Source of the DNA: an uncultured virus (IMG/VR IMGVR_UViG_2061766007_000697)
Lineage: Duplodnaviria; Heunggongvirae; Uroviricota; Caudoviricetes
Direction: 5' to 3' (one strand)
IMG/VR virus record: IMGVR_UViG_2061766007_000697
DNA length: 20,091 nt
The notes beneath the pieces are model-generated. The model ran no database searches. It was not told the origin of the DNA and saw only the letters and a program-made list of their open reading frames with translations. This document shows positions 1 to 10,012 of the stretch, one piece after another. The first letter of the stretch is position 1. Each line of letters opens with the position of its first letter. The position numbers were made by a program, and so were the translations under genes.

Positions 1-2315
1 GGGCTTAATGCTGCTAACCAATACCTACAGCAAGCTGCGGCTAACCAGATTCGTTTTGGCGCCAACAAGGGTTCCCGTACAGCAATGCTGCAGGGGAGGG
101 CTATAGGAAACTTGTTCCTGAATGACAAGGGCGAGTTTACCTATGATAAAACCAAATATGGTTATATGACTGCTGGTGAATCCTCTGCTGTGGCGGCCGC
201 ATTGACAAAGGATAAAGATTTCTTCCGTGGTGTTGATCTTAAGTCCGGTGATATGAAGAAAGCGGCAGAAGATCTGCAGAAGGCTGTGCAAGACTATACA
301 AATGCCATGGCACCCCTGAAAGATGTGTTCGGTTCTGATATCCCAGAGATGATTCGCACAGTAGAAGGCCTTACTGGAAAGCGGCTTGCCAATATCAATC
401 CGGAGCAGTTGAAAGATACTGTATCCAGAGTTATGGCCAGTGCNNNNNNNNNNNNNNNNNNNNNNNNNNNTAGCAATATGATGGGCATGAATGTGCCGTT
501 CACCAATGAGTTGTCAGCCGAACGTCAGGCTATGACTATTCTAAATACTGTGGTTAATGGCTATACACCTGCATTTATGTCCGATGATCGTTACAGACGT
601 AACATCGAACAGTGGGTGCAACGTACATCCAACTCCACAGGCTCTGGCTATCTTAATGCTGCAGCTGCGGTGTGGCTAGATCAGAATAGTGGCAAGACTC
701 TGGAAGATTTCAAGACTGCCTATGAGACTATGCGNNNNNNNNNNNNNNNNNNNNNNNNNAGCCATGATGCAGATGACCGGTGCTGGCAGTCTTTATCAGC
801 TGGAAACTATGGGCAGGCAGTCTGCTAATTTCGAGCGTGTGGCAAAAGCTGATCTTGGCGGAGAAGTTGCACGCACAGAGAACTTGAATGACCTTATAGC
901 TGCTGGTTGGAGAAAGTCCACAAACAGAGACGCCTATTCTAGTGCTATTGCCAAGATCCGTGAGAATCCAGAGCTTTGGACCGACTCTGCTGTGCTCGAG
1001 GCATCTGATCTAACAGCAGAAGAGAAGGCCCAGATTCGTGATCTTAAAGCTGGTATGGGCATGGGTCGAGCAGGTGAAGCGCTTGCTTCGGGTCTTACAT
1101 TTGAGGCAGAGAATAAGCGTAATCAGCCTATGATAGCCAGACAGATGAAGCTGCGTGATGCTATGACAGCCTTGAACGAGTGGCTTCCAGATAGTCTTGG
1201 TGGTTTTGTTAATGACATCTTGAACGGTAAGAATGTTGACCAGCTTATACAGAGAGATGCGAAGCTTAAGATACAGGAAGAAGAGACCCAGAAAACACTG
1301 AAGACTGTTATATCAGCAACGCGTACAGAAGCCATGGCTCGTGGCCTGCTGGNNNNNNNNNNNNNNNNNNNNNNNNNNNNNNNNNNNNNNNNNNNNNNNN
1401 NNNNNNNNNNNNNNNNNNNNNNNNNNNNNNNNNNNNNNNNNNNNNNNNNNNNNNNNNNNNNNNNNNNNNNNNNNNNNNNNNNNNNNNNNNNNNNNNNNNN
1501 NNNNNNNNNNNNNNNNNNNNNNNNNNNNNNNNNNNNNNNNNNNNNNNNNNNNNNNNNNNNNNNNNNNNNNNNNNNNNNNNNNNNNNNNNNNNNNNNNNNN
1601 NNNNNNNNNNNNNNNNNNNNNNNNNNNNNNNNNNNNNNNNNNNNNNNNNNNNNNNNNNNNNNNNNNNNNNNNNNNNNNNNNNNNNNNNNNNNNNNNNNNN
1701 NNNNNNNNNNNNNNNNNNNNNNNNNNNNNNNNNNNNNNNNNNNNNNNNNNNNNNNNNNNNNNNNNNNNNNNNNNNNNNNNNNNNNNNNNNNNNNNNNNNN
1801 NNNNNNNNNNNNNNNNNNNNNNNNNNNNNNNNNNNNNNNNNNNNNNNNNNNNNNNNNNNNACAGGAAGTGTGGAGAACCGCTCTTGATTTTGCTGACAGC
1901 AAAGATCTGACAAGGGAAGAATCAGAAGCTTATGCTACCCAGGAAGTCCAGGACTATATGAACTATAAAGACATTATAGGCATCATAGATAAGTCCAAGA
2001 TCATAACAGATGCGCACAAAGAAACCATCGGTAATATCCTTAGTTATGCATCCACTGGCGAGTGGTCCATGGACAAAGCAAAAGAAGATCTTGCAAAAGC
2101 AGGGCTAAGTCAGCAAGAGCTTGATATAGCGAATGCAGCTGTTAACCAGNNNNNNNNNNNNNNNNNNNNNNNNNNNNNNNNNNNNNNNNNNNNNNNNNNN
2201 NNAGAACTTCTATCTAAGGTCGGTGATCTAACAGGTAAGCTGGATAAGGTCATAACAGTGGATGGGGATAAAGCTGCATTGAACATGAACATTAATCATA
2301 CTGTATTCGGGATAG
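1..2315 (+). CDS. Probable tail tape measure protein, C-terminal part (5'-truncated; stop probably within gap 2316-2347)
   Basis: Open from base 1 (GLNAANQYLQQAAANQIRFG...) in frame +1 to the gap at 735-759, then frame +2 (AMMQMTGAGSLYQLE...NHTVFGI). Roughly 770 codons including gaps. Ala/Gly/Met/Gln/Lys-rich and helical-looking, directly upstream of baseplate genes. Joins ORF-track 85..828 with the first part of 689..2842. Confidence 0.65.
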
Positions 2316-2347
2316 NNNNNNNNNNNNNNNNNNNNNNNNNNNNNNNN

Positions 2348-2842
2348 CCATCTGGCAGTATAAGCCGCTCTACACTTACTCCATCAGAAAGAGATAAGTT
2401 TCAGGCCTTCATAACGATTACTGTTGCTGGTAGCGATACTATTCTTCTTGGAACAATCCCTGTCACTGGTGTCCGTATCAATCAGCTGACAGACTTCAGT
2501 GTTACAAAATCGCTTGATAGAGACTTTCTTGTGTCGACGTTTGGGGATACGCCGACGCGCATACAGCTGGATGGGCTGAGCTTTTTCAATATGAATGGAT
2601 GTGACCTGACAGGATCAGGCTCTGATAATAAACAAATTATGAACTTCTATAGAGAGAACAGGCTTAGCACAGATATCAGTAAACGTATAGATATCTCAAT
2701 AGCCTCTGGTGCTGGAGAGCCTCCTGTAGCTTTTAGAACAGTAATTGTCGGTCTCGATACTATAAATAAATCCAATAGCGACGGCATCAGCAACATCGTA
2801 TATAACTATACTATGACATTGATAGGGGTGGAGCGCGTATGA
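2348..2842 (+). CDS. ~165-175 aa beta-rich protein, putative tail-tube initiator/tube-fold baseplate protein (start probably within gap 2316-2347)
   Basis: After the gap the composition switches from helical to alternating beta-strand pattern (IPVTGVRINQLTDFSVTKSLDRDFLVSTFGDTPTRIQLDGLSF...YNYTMTLIGV). Position just after the tape measure matches P2 gpU/T4 gp48-gp54-type genes. Function is inferred, and fusion to the tape measure cannot be excluded because the junction is in Ns. Confidence 0.45.
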   Translation, partial: PSGSISRSTLTPSERDKFQAFITITVAGSDTILLGTIPVTGVRINQLTDFSVTKSLDRDFLVSTFGDTPTRIQLDGLSFFNMNGCDLTGSGSDNKQIMNFYRENRLSTDISKRIDISIASGAGEPPVAFRTVIVGLDTINKSNSDGISNIVYNYTMTLIGVERV

Positions 2843-3265
2843 ATAAATTGTTCAGTGCTTTGATGCAGGGATATGCTCCTGTTACTTTTTCATGGTTCGA
2901 CAAGCACACTTCTGCAATAACCCCTACCAGCAAAAGCGATGTGCTTGTAAGCAACATTATGCGTGGTGTTCCTAATGATAGGCGCGCCATGTTTGCTTCT
3001 GTTTTGTGCAATCTGGTTCTTAATACCCAATATGGCGCAGAGATCATTAAGCTTGATCCAAATAACACCTATATCACAGCGACCAGGCCTCCTATTACAG
3101 AAGCTACACACTCAGATCCTAAATACTGTATGCACGATCTTATACAACCTATACAAGCCTATAAAGACATCAAGCTATATCTTNNNNNNNNNNNNNCTTG
3201 ATTCTAACTCTTGGTTTGATCTTATGGGTGCTGCTTGCTTGCAGCTGCTCAGAGAGGTTGCTTGA
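2839..3265 (+). CDS. Hypothetical protein (~140 aa), probably baseplate-associated
   Basis: ATGA overlap with the upstream stop. Reads MNKLFSALMQG...DIKLYL, then after gap 3184-3196 LDSNSWFDLMGAACLQLLREVA* in another frame. Its TGA overlaps the next ATG (TGATG). Confidence 0.7.
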
Positions 3266-4913
3266 TGTCGAATCTCTATACCACATCTATAGGCACAATA
3301 ACACTATGGGCAAATTTCCCAGAGGGTAAGAAGTGCTATATCTGTACTTCGCTTATTCTAAACACCAGGCTGAATACCCTACCTACCGCTTCTGTTGTTA
3401 TCGGATGTGGCAGGNNNNNNNNNNNNNNNNNNNNNNNNNNNNNNNNNNNNNNNNNNNNNNNNNNNNNNNNNNNNNNNNNNNNNNNNNNNNNNNNNNNNNN
3501 NNNNNNNNNNNNNTGGACGCAGCTGATCTTTAAAGGATGTATAATAGCAGCGTCTCTTGTCTATAAAACAGGCAATGTAACCATGCGCGGAGTTAGGCTT
3601 GAGTGCATGAACGCAGCATGTCGCCTTTACTGTCAACCCTTTGGTGCCTATTCAAACAGATGTGGTGCAGAGATAGTAGATAAGATACTGGCTCTTGTTA
3701 GTCAAGCTGATGATAATGTTCCAGCTGCGTCTAAATATGGAATGGAACGTATCGAAGCACTGGATACTACGATGCTGTGTATGGATCTGCAGCCCTATAT
3801 CGCAGAGAAGGACATTGCCACAAAGATCGCCTATATATCGGATGCTATCGCCATAATGACACATCACACAGTAAATCTTGTTAATGCCATAAAAGAGGGC
3901 AAGCTTGGCAATATCCTTCATATCAATGATTATATAAAATCAGATTATTATCTGAATGCGGAGTCTCTGGCTGTAAATAATCAGACGGATTCTGATTACA
4001 ATCTTTCATTATGTGCCAGACTACATGACTCGTTGCGCACGGGTTCTATATTCGATGCTATATTGAGTACCATCCTGTCAACAGATTATATGCTGACGCT
4101 TGTTCCAACATGGGCTGATAAAGACTTTGTTATGGAACTGAGACCGTCTTTGGCGTGGGAGTCTTGGGTTGCTGGTGTGTTAGGTTTCGATGATATAGCA
4201 GAGATGAATTCTTCATACAACCCCTTGCAGCATATAAATGATCCTGAGGTGTTTGCCGTAGATTTTACGCCTGCTGTGGAGTTCGATGCCCCAGATGGAG
4301 AAAAAGGAAATCCAGGCTCTGCCATGGTTGGTGTTTATTCTACTGTGCCTGCAGTTAAAGAATGGGCAGCACTTAGGTTTAGTAACAGTACCATAGAAGC
4401 TCCGCTGCGTGCTAAGATCACGGAGAATATGATCAAATATAAATGGCGTNNNNNNNNNNNNNAGCATAATCCGTACAGTAGAGGGCGAAAAAGACGAGCA
4501 GAACAATTATATCATAGCTAGGCGTACCTGGAATAAAGAAGGGTCTGATAACATTTATGATCCGGTTGTAAGAGACTATGAGGCCGGTTATGCTATAGCA
4601 GATCTTATTGCACAGGCTTTCTATTCACACATGCACGGTGCATCAGCAACGGCTCAACTAACTCTGCTCCCAGATCTCAGATTTGGTTTCCACTATGATG
4701 GCTGGGCACTTGAGCAGCACATAGGTGAACTTATTGACATCAAACCCAGTGAAAATGGTGACAAGCAGCTTGCTATGCGTGGCATNNNNNNNNNNNNNNN
4801 NNNNNNNNNNNNNNTCTGCGTCCTGTCGTTATTCTATGACATTGTCTCGTGTCCGCCCATATGATGCAAACGAGAAAGCGGTGCCCTGTCCTGTGTACGT
4901 TCGCGCTTATTGA
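3265..4913 (+). CDS. Putative baseplate hub protein (T4 gp27/Mu gp44/P2 gpD-like), ~550 aa
   Basis: ATG 3265 after GAGAGG. N-terminal hub-like pattern (LILNTRLNTLPTASVVIG...LIFKGCI...VRLECMN). Continues past gap 4450-4462 in a new frame (SIIRTVEGEKDEQ...AQAFYSHMHGASATAQLTLLPDLRF...IGELIDI...AMRG) and past gap 4786-4814 (SASCRYSMTLSRVR...VRAY*). The C-terminal barrel-like pattern, size and position fit a hub. Confidence 0.55.
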
Positions 4914-4929
4914 AAATAAGGAACCAACG

Positions 4930-5702
4930 ATGCCTACCATATTCGAGACGATTACACAGAAGCTTCCTAAGCCTACAGAAGAGCAGCTCAAACAGCTGGA
5001 ACTAGCAGAACCTGCTGTAGTTGAGGCATCTAAAGCCGAAGAACTTCCTCTAAAAGATGTCGTTGTCCGCTGGCAAAAGAAGCCGACAGAANNNNNNNNN
5101 NNNNNNNNNNNNNNNNNNNNNNNNNNNNNNNNNNNNNNNNNNNNNNNNNNNNNNNNNNNNNNNNNNNNNNNNNNNNNNNNNNNNNNNNNNNNNNNNNNNN
5201 NNNNNNNNNNNNNNNNNTACTTATGTGTTCCATAATCTGAAGCGTCTTAACCGTTTTGCGAATCGTAGAGCCAACATTATTCCTATCTCTGAGAGAGCTT
5301 CCCAGGAATACAACTTCCTGCAGCAAGTCAGACAAGAGTTTATTGATACATTCGACAGAGAGCCCTCTGATANNNNNNNNNNNNNNNNNNNNNNNNNNNN
5401 NNNAAGTGACCAAGATCATGAACGGCAATCCTGTAACGTCAGAGACCTCTACGATCAATCCGGAGACGAACAACTCCACACAGTTCTCTTCTGATATCTC
5501 TGAAGATGATTACTTTGAATATGTGTATCGCTCTGTTGGCCCTATTGATCAGAAGATCATGGAATGGTCTACTGGTGCTCACGGCAGGCCTGTTTTATCC
5601 AGCAAGGAGATCGCTGCTAAGCTTCATGTGACACCTGCTGCTATTAGTCAGCGCAGGACCAAGATCCTTAATATGCTGTCAGAAGTGAGGGGGCTGGTAT
5701 GA
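4930..5702 (+). CDS. Sigma-70 family RNA polymerase sigma factor (FliA/SigF/SigG-like regions 2-3-4), ~255 aa
   Basis: AAGGA then ATG 4930. Three ORF fragments join across gaps 5092-5217 and 5373-5403. The end of region 2 reads TYVFHNLKRLNR, region 3 reads IIPISER...QEFIDTFDREPSD, and the region 4 HTH reads IDQKIMEWSTG...LSSKEIAAKLHVTPAAISQRRTKILNML. Most of region 2 is hidden in the 126-N gap, whose size fits. Confidence 0.85.
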
Positions 5703-6049
5703 GCGATACCAAGACATATGATGTCAAGGACAGCGCCTCTTTTCGCTTTCTGGAAGCAGCGACCCGTAAAGAGCTCTATGAAGTAAACGAGTTCCTGAAA
5801 ACGCTTGGCATACAGAACGATCAGGACGGCATTATTCTTCCAGAGCAGCTCAGTCGTTACAAAGCTGAAGAAGTAGAGCGCGAAGAGCTGAGCAAGGCGC
5901 TTACTGCTAATTCCAATCCGNNNNNNNNNNNNNNNNNNNNNNNNNTTGCACAGACCTCCCATAAAGCTATGCTTCTTGGCATATACAGAACGATGTACCA
6001 GCGCAAACTGAAACTGGAGCGCAAGATACAGGAGGAGAATTATGTCTAA
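5699..6049 (+). CDS. Hypothetical helical protein (116 aa)
   Basis: ATGA overlap with the sigma stop. Frame holds across gap 5921-5945. Charged and helical. 8-nt overlap with the next gene. Confidence 0.75.
   Translation: MSDTKTYDVKDSASFRFLEAATRKELYEVNEFLKTLGIQNDQDGIILPEQLSRYKAEEVEREELSKALTANSNPXXXXXXXXXAQTSHKAMLLGIYRTMYQRKLKLERKIQEENYV
6030..6037 (+). promoter_or_regulatory. Shine-Dalgarno site
   Basis: AGGAGGAG immediately upstream of ATG 6042. Confidence 0.7.
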
Positions 6050-6416
6050 GGATATTGTGATGATTCCGTCTGTGTCCGGTCCAGTCACTTTCAGCATAAC
6101 AGGCGAATCCGATGATACTGGCCTCATGCTTTTGCAACGCCTTTATGTCATGCTGCTGTCCGATCCAAAGACCGGTTACAGGGATAGCGATGGTGGTCAG
6201 ACCCTGCTGAAGTTTCTGGATGGTGGCAATATACCTGTTGACTCTATTATGAATACATTCTTGGCACAGGGGTGCGCTACTGCTGTAAGCATGCTGGATG
6301 ATTCTGATAAGAAGAATATAAGCTCGTTTACAGGCATCTGTGAAGATGGTAAGATAACGTGTACACTAGTGCTTGCTGACGGAACAACAATACAAGGACA
6401 GTTAACCAATGGCTGA
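6042..6416 (+). CDS. Putative gp25/gpW-like baseplate wedge / sheath initiator (124 aa)
   Basis: Size, position directly before baseplate J, and the motif TGLMLLQRLYVMLLSDPKT...GG resembling the gp25-like 'G...L.Q.....LLT..G' pattern, followed by a C-terminal beta hairpin. Confidence 0.55.
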   Translation: MSKDIVMIPSVSGPVTFSITGESDDTGLMLLQRLYVMLLSDPKTGYRDSDGGQTLLKFLDGGNIPVDSIMNTFLAQGCATAVSMLDDSDKKNISSFTGICEDGKITCTLVLADGTTIQGQLTNG

Positions 6417-7947
6417 TTATATAGAACCCTCGAAAACAGCGTTCAATGACGCAGAGCAGGTTGCGATCGATGTGCTTGCCCAGACTGCGCCGAACCTGTT
6501 GACAAAGACCGGCTCCGTGATTCGTGAGCTGATTGTTCGACCTGCTGCATATCTGCTGTCCTGGATAACAGGAAACATCAATAACGATATCAAGCAGTAC
6601 AGTGTTGCTTATCTCAAGACATCGCAGCTTACAGACAATCCTGTGGCGGATGCTGTGGCCTCTAATTATTTCGTAACGCGCAAAGAGGGCACACAGGCAC
6701 AGGGCATTATAACACTTACTCTCAGGTCACCGACTCTTCGTATTGCTGCTGGTGCAAGATTCACTGTGGCGGGCACTCCTATGTGTACGCCAGTGCAGTA
6801 TCTTGTTACCAATACAAGCAACCCCGGTCTGAATACGGATACGCTGGTCTATATACAGTCGATTCCGTTTGGCGAATATTACATAGCGAATATTCCTGTG
6901 GTGGCTGTCAACATCGGTAAGGTTGAGTTGCCTATTGGCTCACAGGTTGATGTCAACTTCAGTGTTGCCGGTCTTATCGATGCAGAACTTACCTCACCCG
7001 TAACAGGTGGCTCTGATACAGAAACCGATGCACAGCTTATGAAGCGCGCTGAATACAACACGGCAGAAGCAGGTATCGGCACATATTATGGCATTAAGAA
7101 AAAGATGGCAAAGGCGCCTGTAGTTGTTCCTGGTTTGAGCGTCATAGCTGGAGAGGATATGCCATTGTTTAGAGCCCGCTTCAANNNNNNNNNNNNNNNN
7201 NNNNNNNNNNNNNTTGTCGATTGTCATGTAAAGACCTGCAATCAGGCTATTGTTGGATCTGTCACAAAGACCGCTACAGTGTCTGGCGATAATTATAGCG
7301 TTACTCTGGGGAGCGCTGATTGTACGGGATTTATCATGGTCTCGTCTGTTATATCTGGCGGAAAAGTTGTCCAGGAGTTTTCCGTTGAATACGATACCAA
7401 CGATCCCACAACGAATGCAGAAGGCGCTAGACTCTCTACAAGCCAGACCGCTACCGTTCGGTTCAAAGGCGACTACGGCGAAGAGACTACAATCAATCTT
7501 GTGTATATGCCGTCGCTTGCTGTATTGCAGCAGTTCATGGACAATGATACAGAGCACTTTATCGGCCAGGATATCAAGATCAAGGCTGCTGTTCCTGTTA
7601 TGCTGCATGTCGACTGCAATGTTAAATGCGCCAGAGAGCTCACAGAGGAAGACATTACTGGCATTAAGCAGACGATCGTTGATTATGTGAATGATACCAA
7701 TGTAGGTATCGGCATCATCAACTTCTCCGATATACGAAACGCTGTGCTGACGACTTATCCTGATGTGGATCTGCGGCTGCCATGTGTATTGGGTTGCGAG
7801 GTCTATACAACGGATGGGCACATTGATACGTTCTACAGCATCGCCGGTGTGCTTGATATAACGAAATCCGCTAACTCTAATTACTGGGGATATCAAGTCT
7901 GCTTCTTCAGCTGCTGCCTTGATAATGTGGGGCTCAACATACTATGA
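6409..7947 (+). CDS. Baseplate J-like / T4 gp6-like wedge protein (512 aa)
   Basis: Characteristic Baseplate_J motifs: GSVIRELIVRPAA, DAVASNYFVTRKEGTQAQGIITL, IAAGARF, VVAVNIG and VTGGSDTETDAQLMKRA (GGxDxExDxxLxxR). C-terminal IKQTIVDYVN...IG helix. Confidence 0.88.
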   Translation: MADYIEPSKTAFNDAEQVAIDVLAQTAPNLLTKTGSVIRELIVRPAAYLLSWITGNINNDIKQYSVAYLKTSQLTDNPVADAVASNYFVTRKEGTQAQGIITLTLRSPTLRIAAGARFTVAGTPMCTPVQYLVTNTSNPGLNTDTLVYIQSIPFGEYYIANIPVVAVNIGKVELPIGSQVDVNFSVAGLIDAELTSPVTGGSDTETDAQLMKRAEYNTAEAGIGTYYGIKKKMAKAPVVVPGLSVIAGEDMPLFRARFXXXXXXXXXXXVDCHVKTCNQAIVGSVTKTATVSGDNYSVTLGSADCTGFIMVSSVISGGKVVQEFSVEYDTNDPTTNAEGARLSTSQTATVRFKGDYGEETTINLVYMPSLAVLQQFMDNDTEHFIGQDIKIKAAVPVMLHVDCNVKCARELTEEDITGIKQTIVDYVNDTNVGIGIINFSDIRNAVLTTYPDVDLRLPCVLGCEVYTTDGHIDTFYSIAGVLDITKSANSNYWGYQVCFFSCCLDNVGLNIL

Positions 7948-9591
7948 ATTGGTTAAAGGCCATAAAACAGTTGCTCGGTAGATTCTGGGCAGATCTGTTT
8001 GCTGACAGCGATTTTCTACTTGGCGTAGAGTATTTGCTGTCTCTTTATAGCAAACTGACTCAGAATCAGTATCTTAACTGGCGTAATGGTATGATAGCTG
8101 CCAACAAGGATGTTGAGCAGTCTAATATGCCTTACATTGTGTTGCTGGAGATCCCTAAGAATGACCCAGATGAGATAGAGCGCGAGTGGTATGGCTGGGC
8201 TAAGTTGTGGGACAGTAAATCTGCCAAGAAGTTTGTGGACAATACATACTATGGTGATGATGAGAGCAAGTATGGCTGGATCCTACNNNNNNNNNNNNNN
8301 NNNNNNNNNNNNNNNNNNNNNNNNNNNNNNNNNNNNNNNNNNNNNNNNNNNNNNNNNNNNNNNNNNNNNNNNNNNNNNNNNNNNNNNNNNNNNNNNNNNN
8401 NNNNNNNNNNNNNTGACCAAGATCACAGATGAGGAAGGCGAGCTTCACGTTTACTACAAGTTCTTCGGTGTATCCTTCCAGACACAGAAGGTATGCGATC
8501 CTGTTACGGGTTTTGAATCCCAGTGGCTTAATCCTTGCAGCGAAATTGCCTGGGATATTCATCAGAACGGCGCCACTTACTACAACACAAAACAGCTGCT
8601 TGGAAAGGCGACTGGTGCTGTGATATGCGAGTCTGATGGTATTGTTAGTCAGGCGTGGATGGAACAAAACTATCACTGCCTGTCTGTGAATGGCAAAGCA
8701 TATATGTCAAAGCAGGAAGCTAACGTAGGAGGCGGTGATGAGGTTGTAGCGGGTACGGTGCTGTTTGGAGATCTTGCTGTATATAAAGGAACCGATGATG
8801 TTACAGCAGAGCAGGTGCCAGGTATTAAGGTGATGACAGATGCCGGTCAGCTTACCGCATTGAATGAGACTGTTATTCCACCTAAAGTTAGCGGTATGTA
8901 TATGCTGCCGCTTGTTGGTGATCCTGTCACAGTGCATAAGTACAAAGACATCTGCAGGGCTAATATGGAAAACGATCGCTGTCCTTATATACAGGTCGGT
9001 GATTATGATATAGAGACTGGTAACATCCTTGTCAATCCTTATAAGTTTATAACACAGAAGCTGCGCAGAGGCCGTGCTGTTACAGTGCGGCTTGTTGCAG
9101 CTAGTCTGGACTATCTGGCAGCTGCGATACGATGCATCAGAAAGAGCAGCTGCGCCTCTGGCATTGTTANNNNNNNNNNNNNNNNNNNNNNCGAGTCTGA
9201 CGAAGATAATCCATATACTGGTGCCATGGTTAAGCTTCTTACAGTCGATCCAGATGCTTCTATAGAGGTGAGTGCTGGTGAGAGTTTCTATGATCCAGTT
9301 ACACAGCTTATATACACTGCATACAATCATAGAAAGTCTGATGGTACCATTGAGGTTTTACTGAATGATGGTGTTCAGCCTTCTGACAGTGCTATCTATT
9401 TGGACCTTTCCACAGACACCTGCTATCGCTGGCTCAATAATGCCATGACAGAGGTTAGCAAGGAAACAGGTGCCGCATACAGTACATTAACCACATCGGT
9501 CTTTTCTGCTGATGCTGGTATGCTCGCTATAGCAGCAGTTGAGACTCTTACTATTCAGGCTGAATGTGCAGAGGCAAAGGTGGTATTATGA
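7944..9591 (+). CDS. Putative large baseplate wedge subunit (gpI/T4 gp7 position), ~550 aa
   Basis: ATGA overlap with baseplate J. MNWLKAIKQLLGRFWADLF...YGWIL joins across gap 8287-8413 to TKITDEEGELHVYY...EAKVVL*. The segment AWDIHQNGATYYNTKQLLGKATG resembles the 'GxTxxxxxxxLxxxxG' motif of gpI-like wedge proteins. Function inferred mainly from position. Confidence 0.5.
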
Positions 9592-10010
9592 ATTTACTGA
9601 AAGACGGCAAGAAAGTTATCGCAAGCAATCTGTGCGGTATTTATATTCCGATCAATGGCATGTATATCACCTATGGAGTGGCGCCAGAGACGACTGCTCC
9701 TAAATCGGATATCAATTATTTCAACAGCCTCAAGAATCAGGAAGGAAAAGGCTATGCAAGGATTGCTGTCACAGCTTCTAATCTCATTGGTGACGGCAAG
9801 ATCCTTTATACAGGTATGCTGACAAGCGAAGATCTGGTCGGCGCGCCTATAACGAATGACACGATCCTTACTACCGCGACATTGGTTCATTTCGATGAGC
9901 ACGAGAAGGCGAAGGATCTGTTTGTTTACTCTGCTGTATTGAAGAATCAAATAAAAGTAATTCCAGGTACCTATATTGTTGTTAATGTGGGTATCAACAT
10001 TGGAGATTGA
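9588..10010 (+). CDS. Hypothetical beta-rich baseplate-periphery protein (140 aa)
   Basis: ATG 9588 overlaps the upstream TGA (ATGA) and follows AAGGTGG, so it is preferred over the track start at 9564. Intact ORF with no gaps. Confidence 0.75.
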   Translation: MNLLKDGKKVIASNLCGIYIPINGMYITYGVAPETTAPKSDINYFNSLKNQEGKGYARIAVTASNLIGDGKILYTGMLTSEDLVGAPITNDTILTTATLVHFDEHEKAKDLFVYSAVLKNQIKVIPGTYIVVNVGINIGD

Positions 10011-10012
10011 AT

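Noticed and set aside
1123..1913. ORFs consisting mostly of X (also 18085..18747, 18139..18720)
   Set aside because: They are open only because N-runs contain no stop codons.
689..2842. Single 717-aa ORF as given in the track
   Set aside because: Its start is in the wrong frame before gap 735-759, and it probably fuses the tape-measure end with the next gene across gap 2316-2347.
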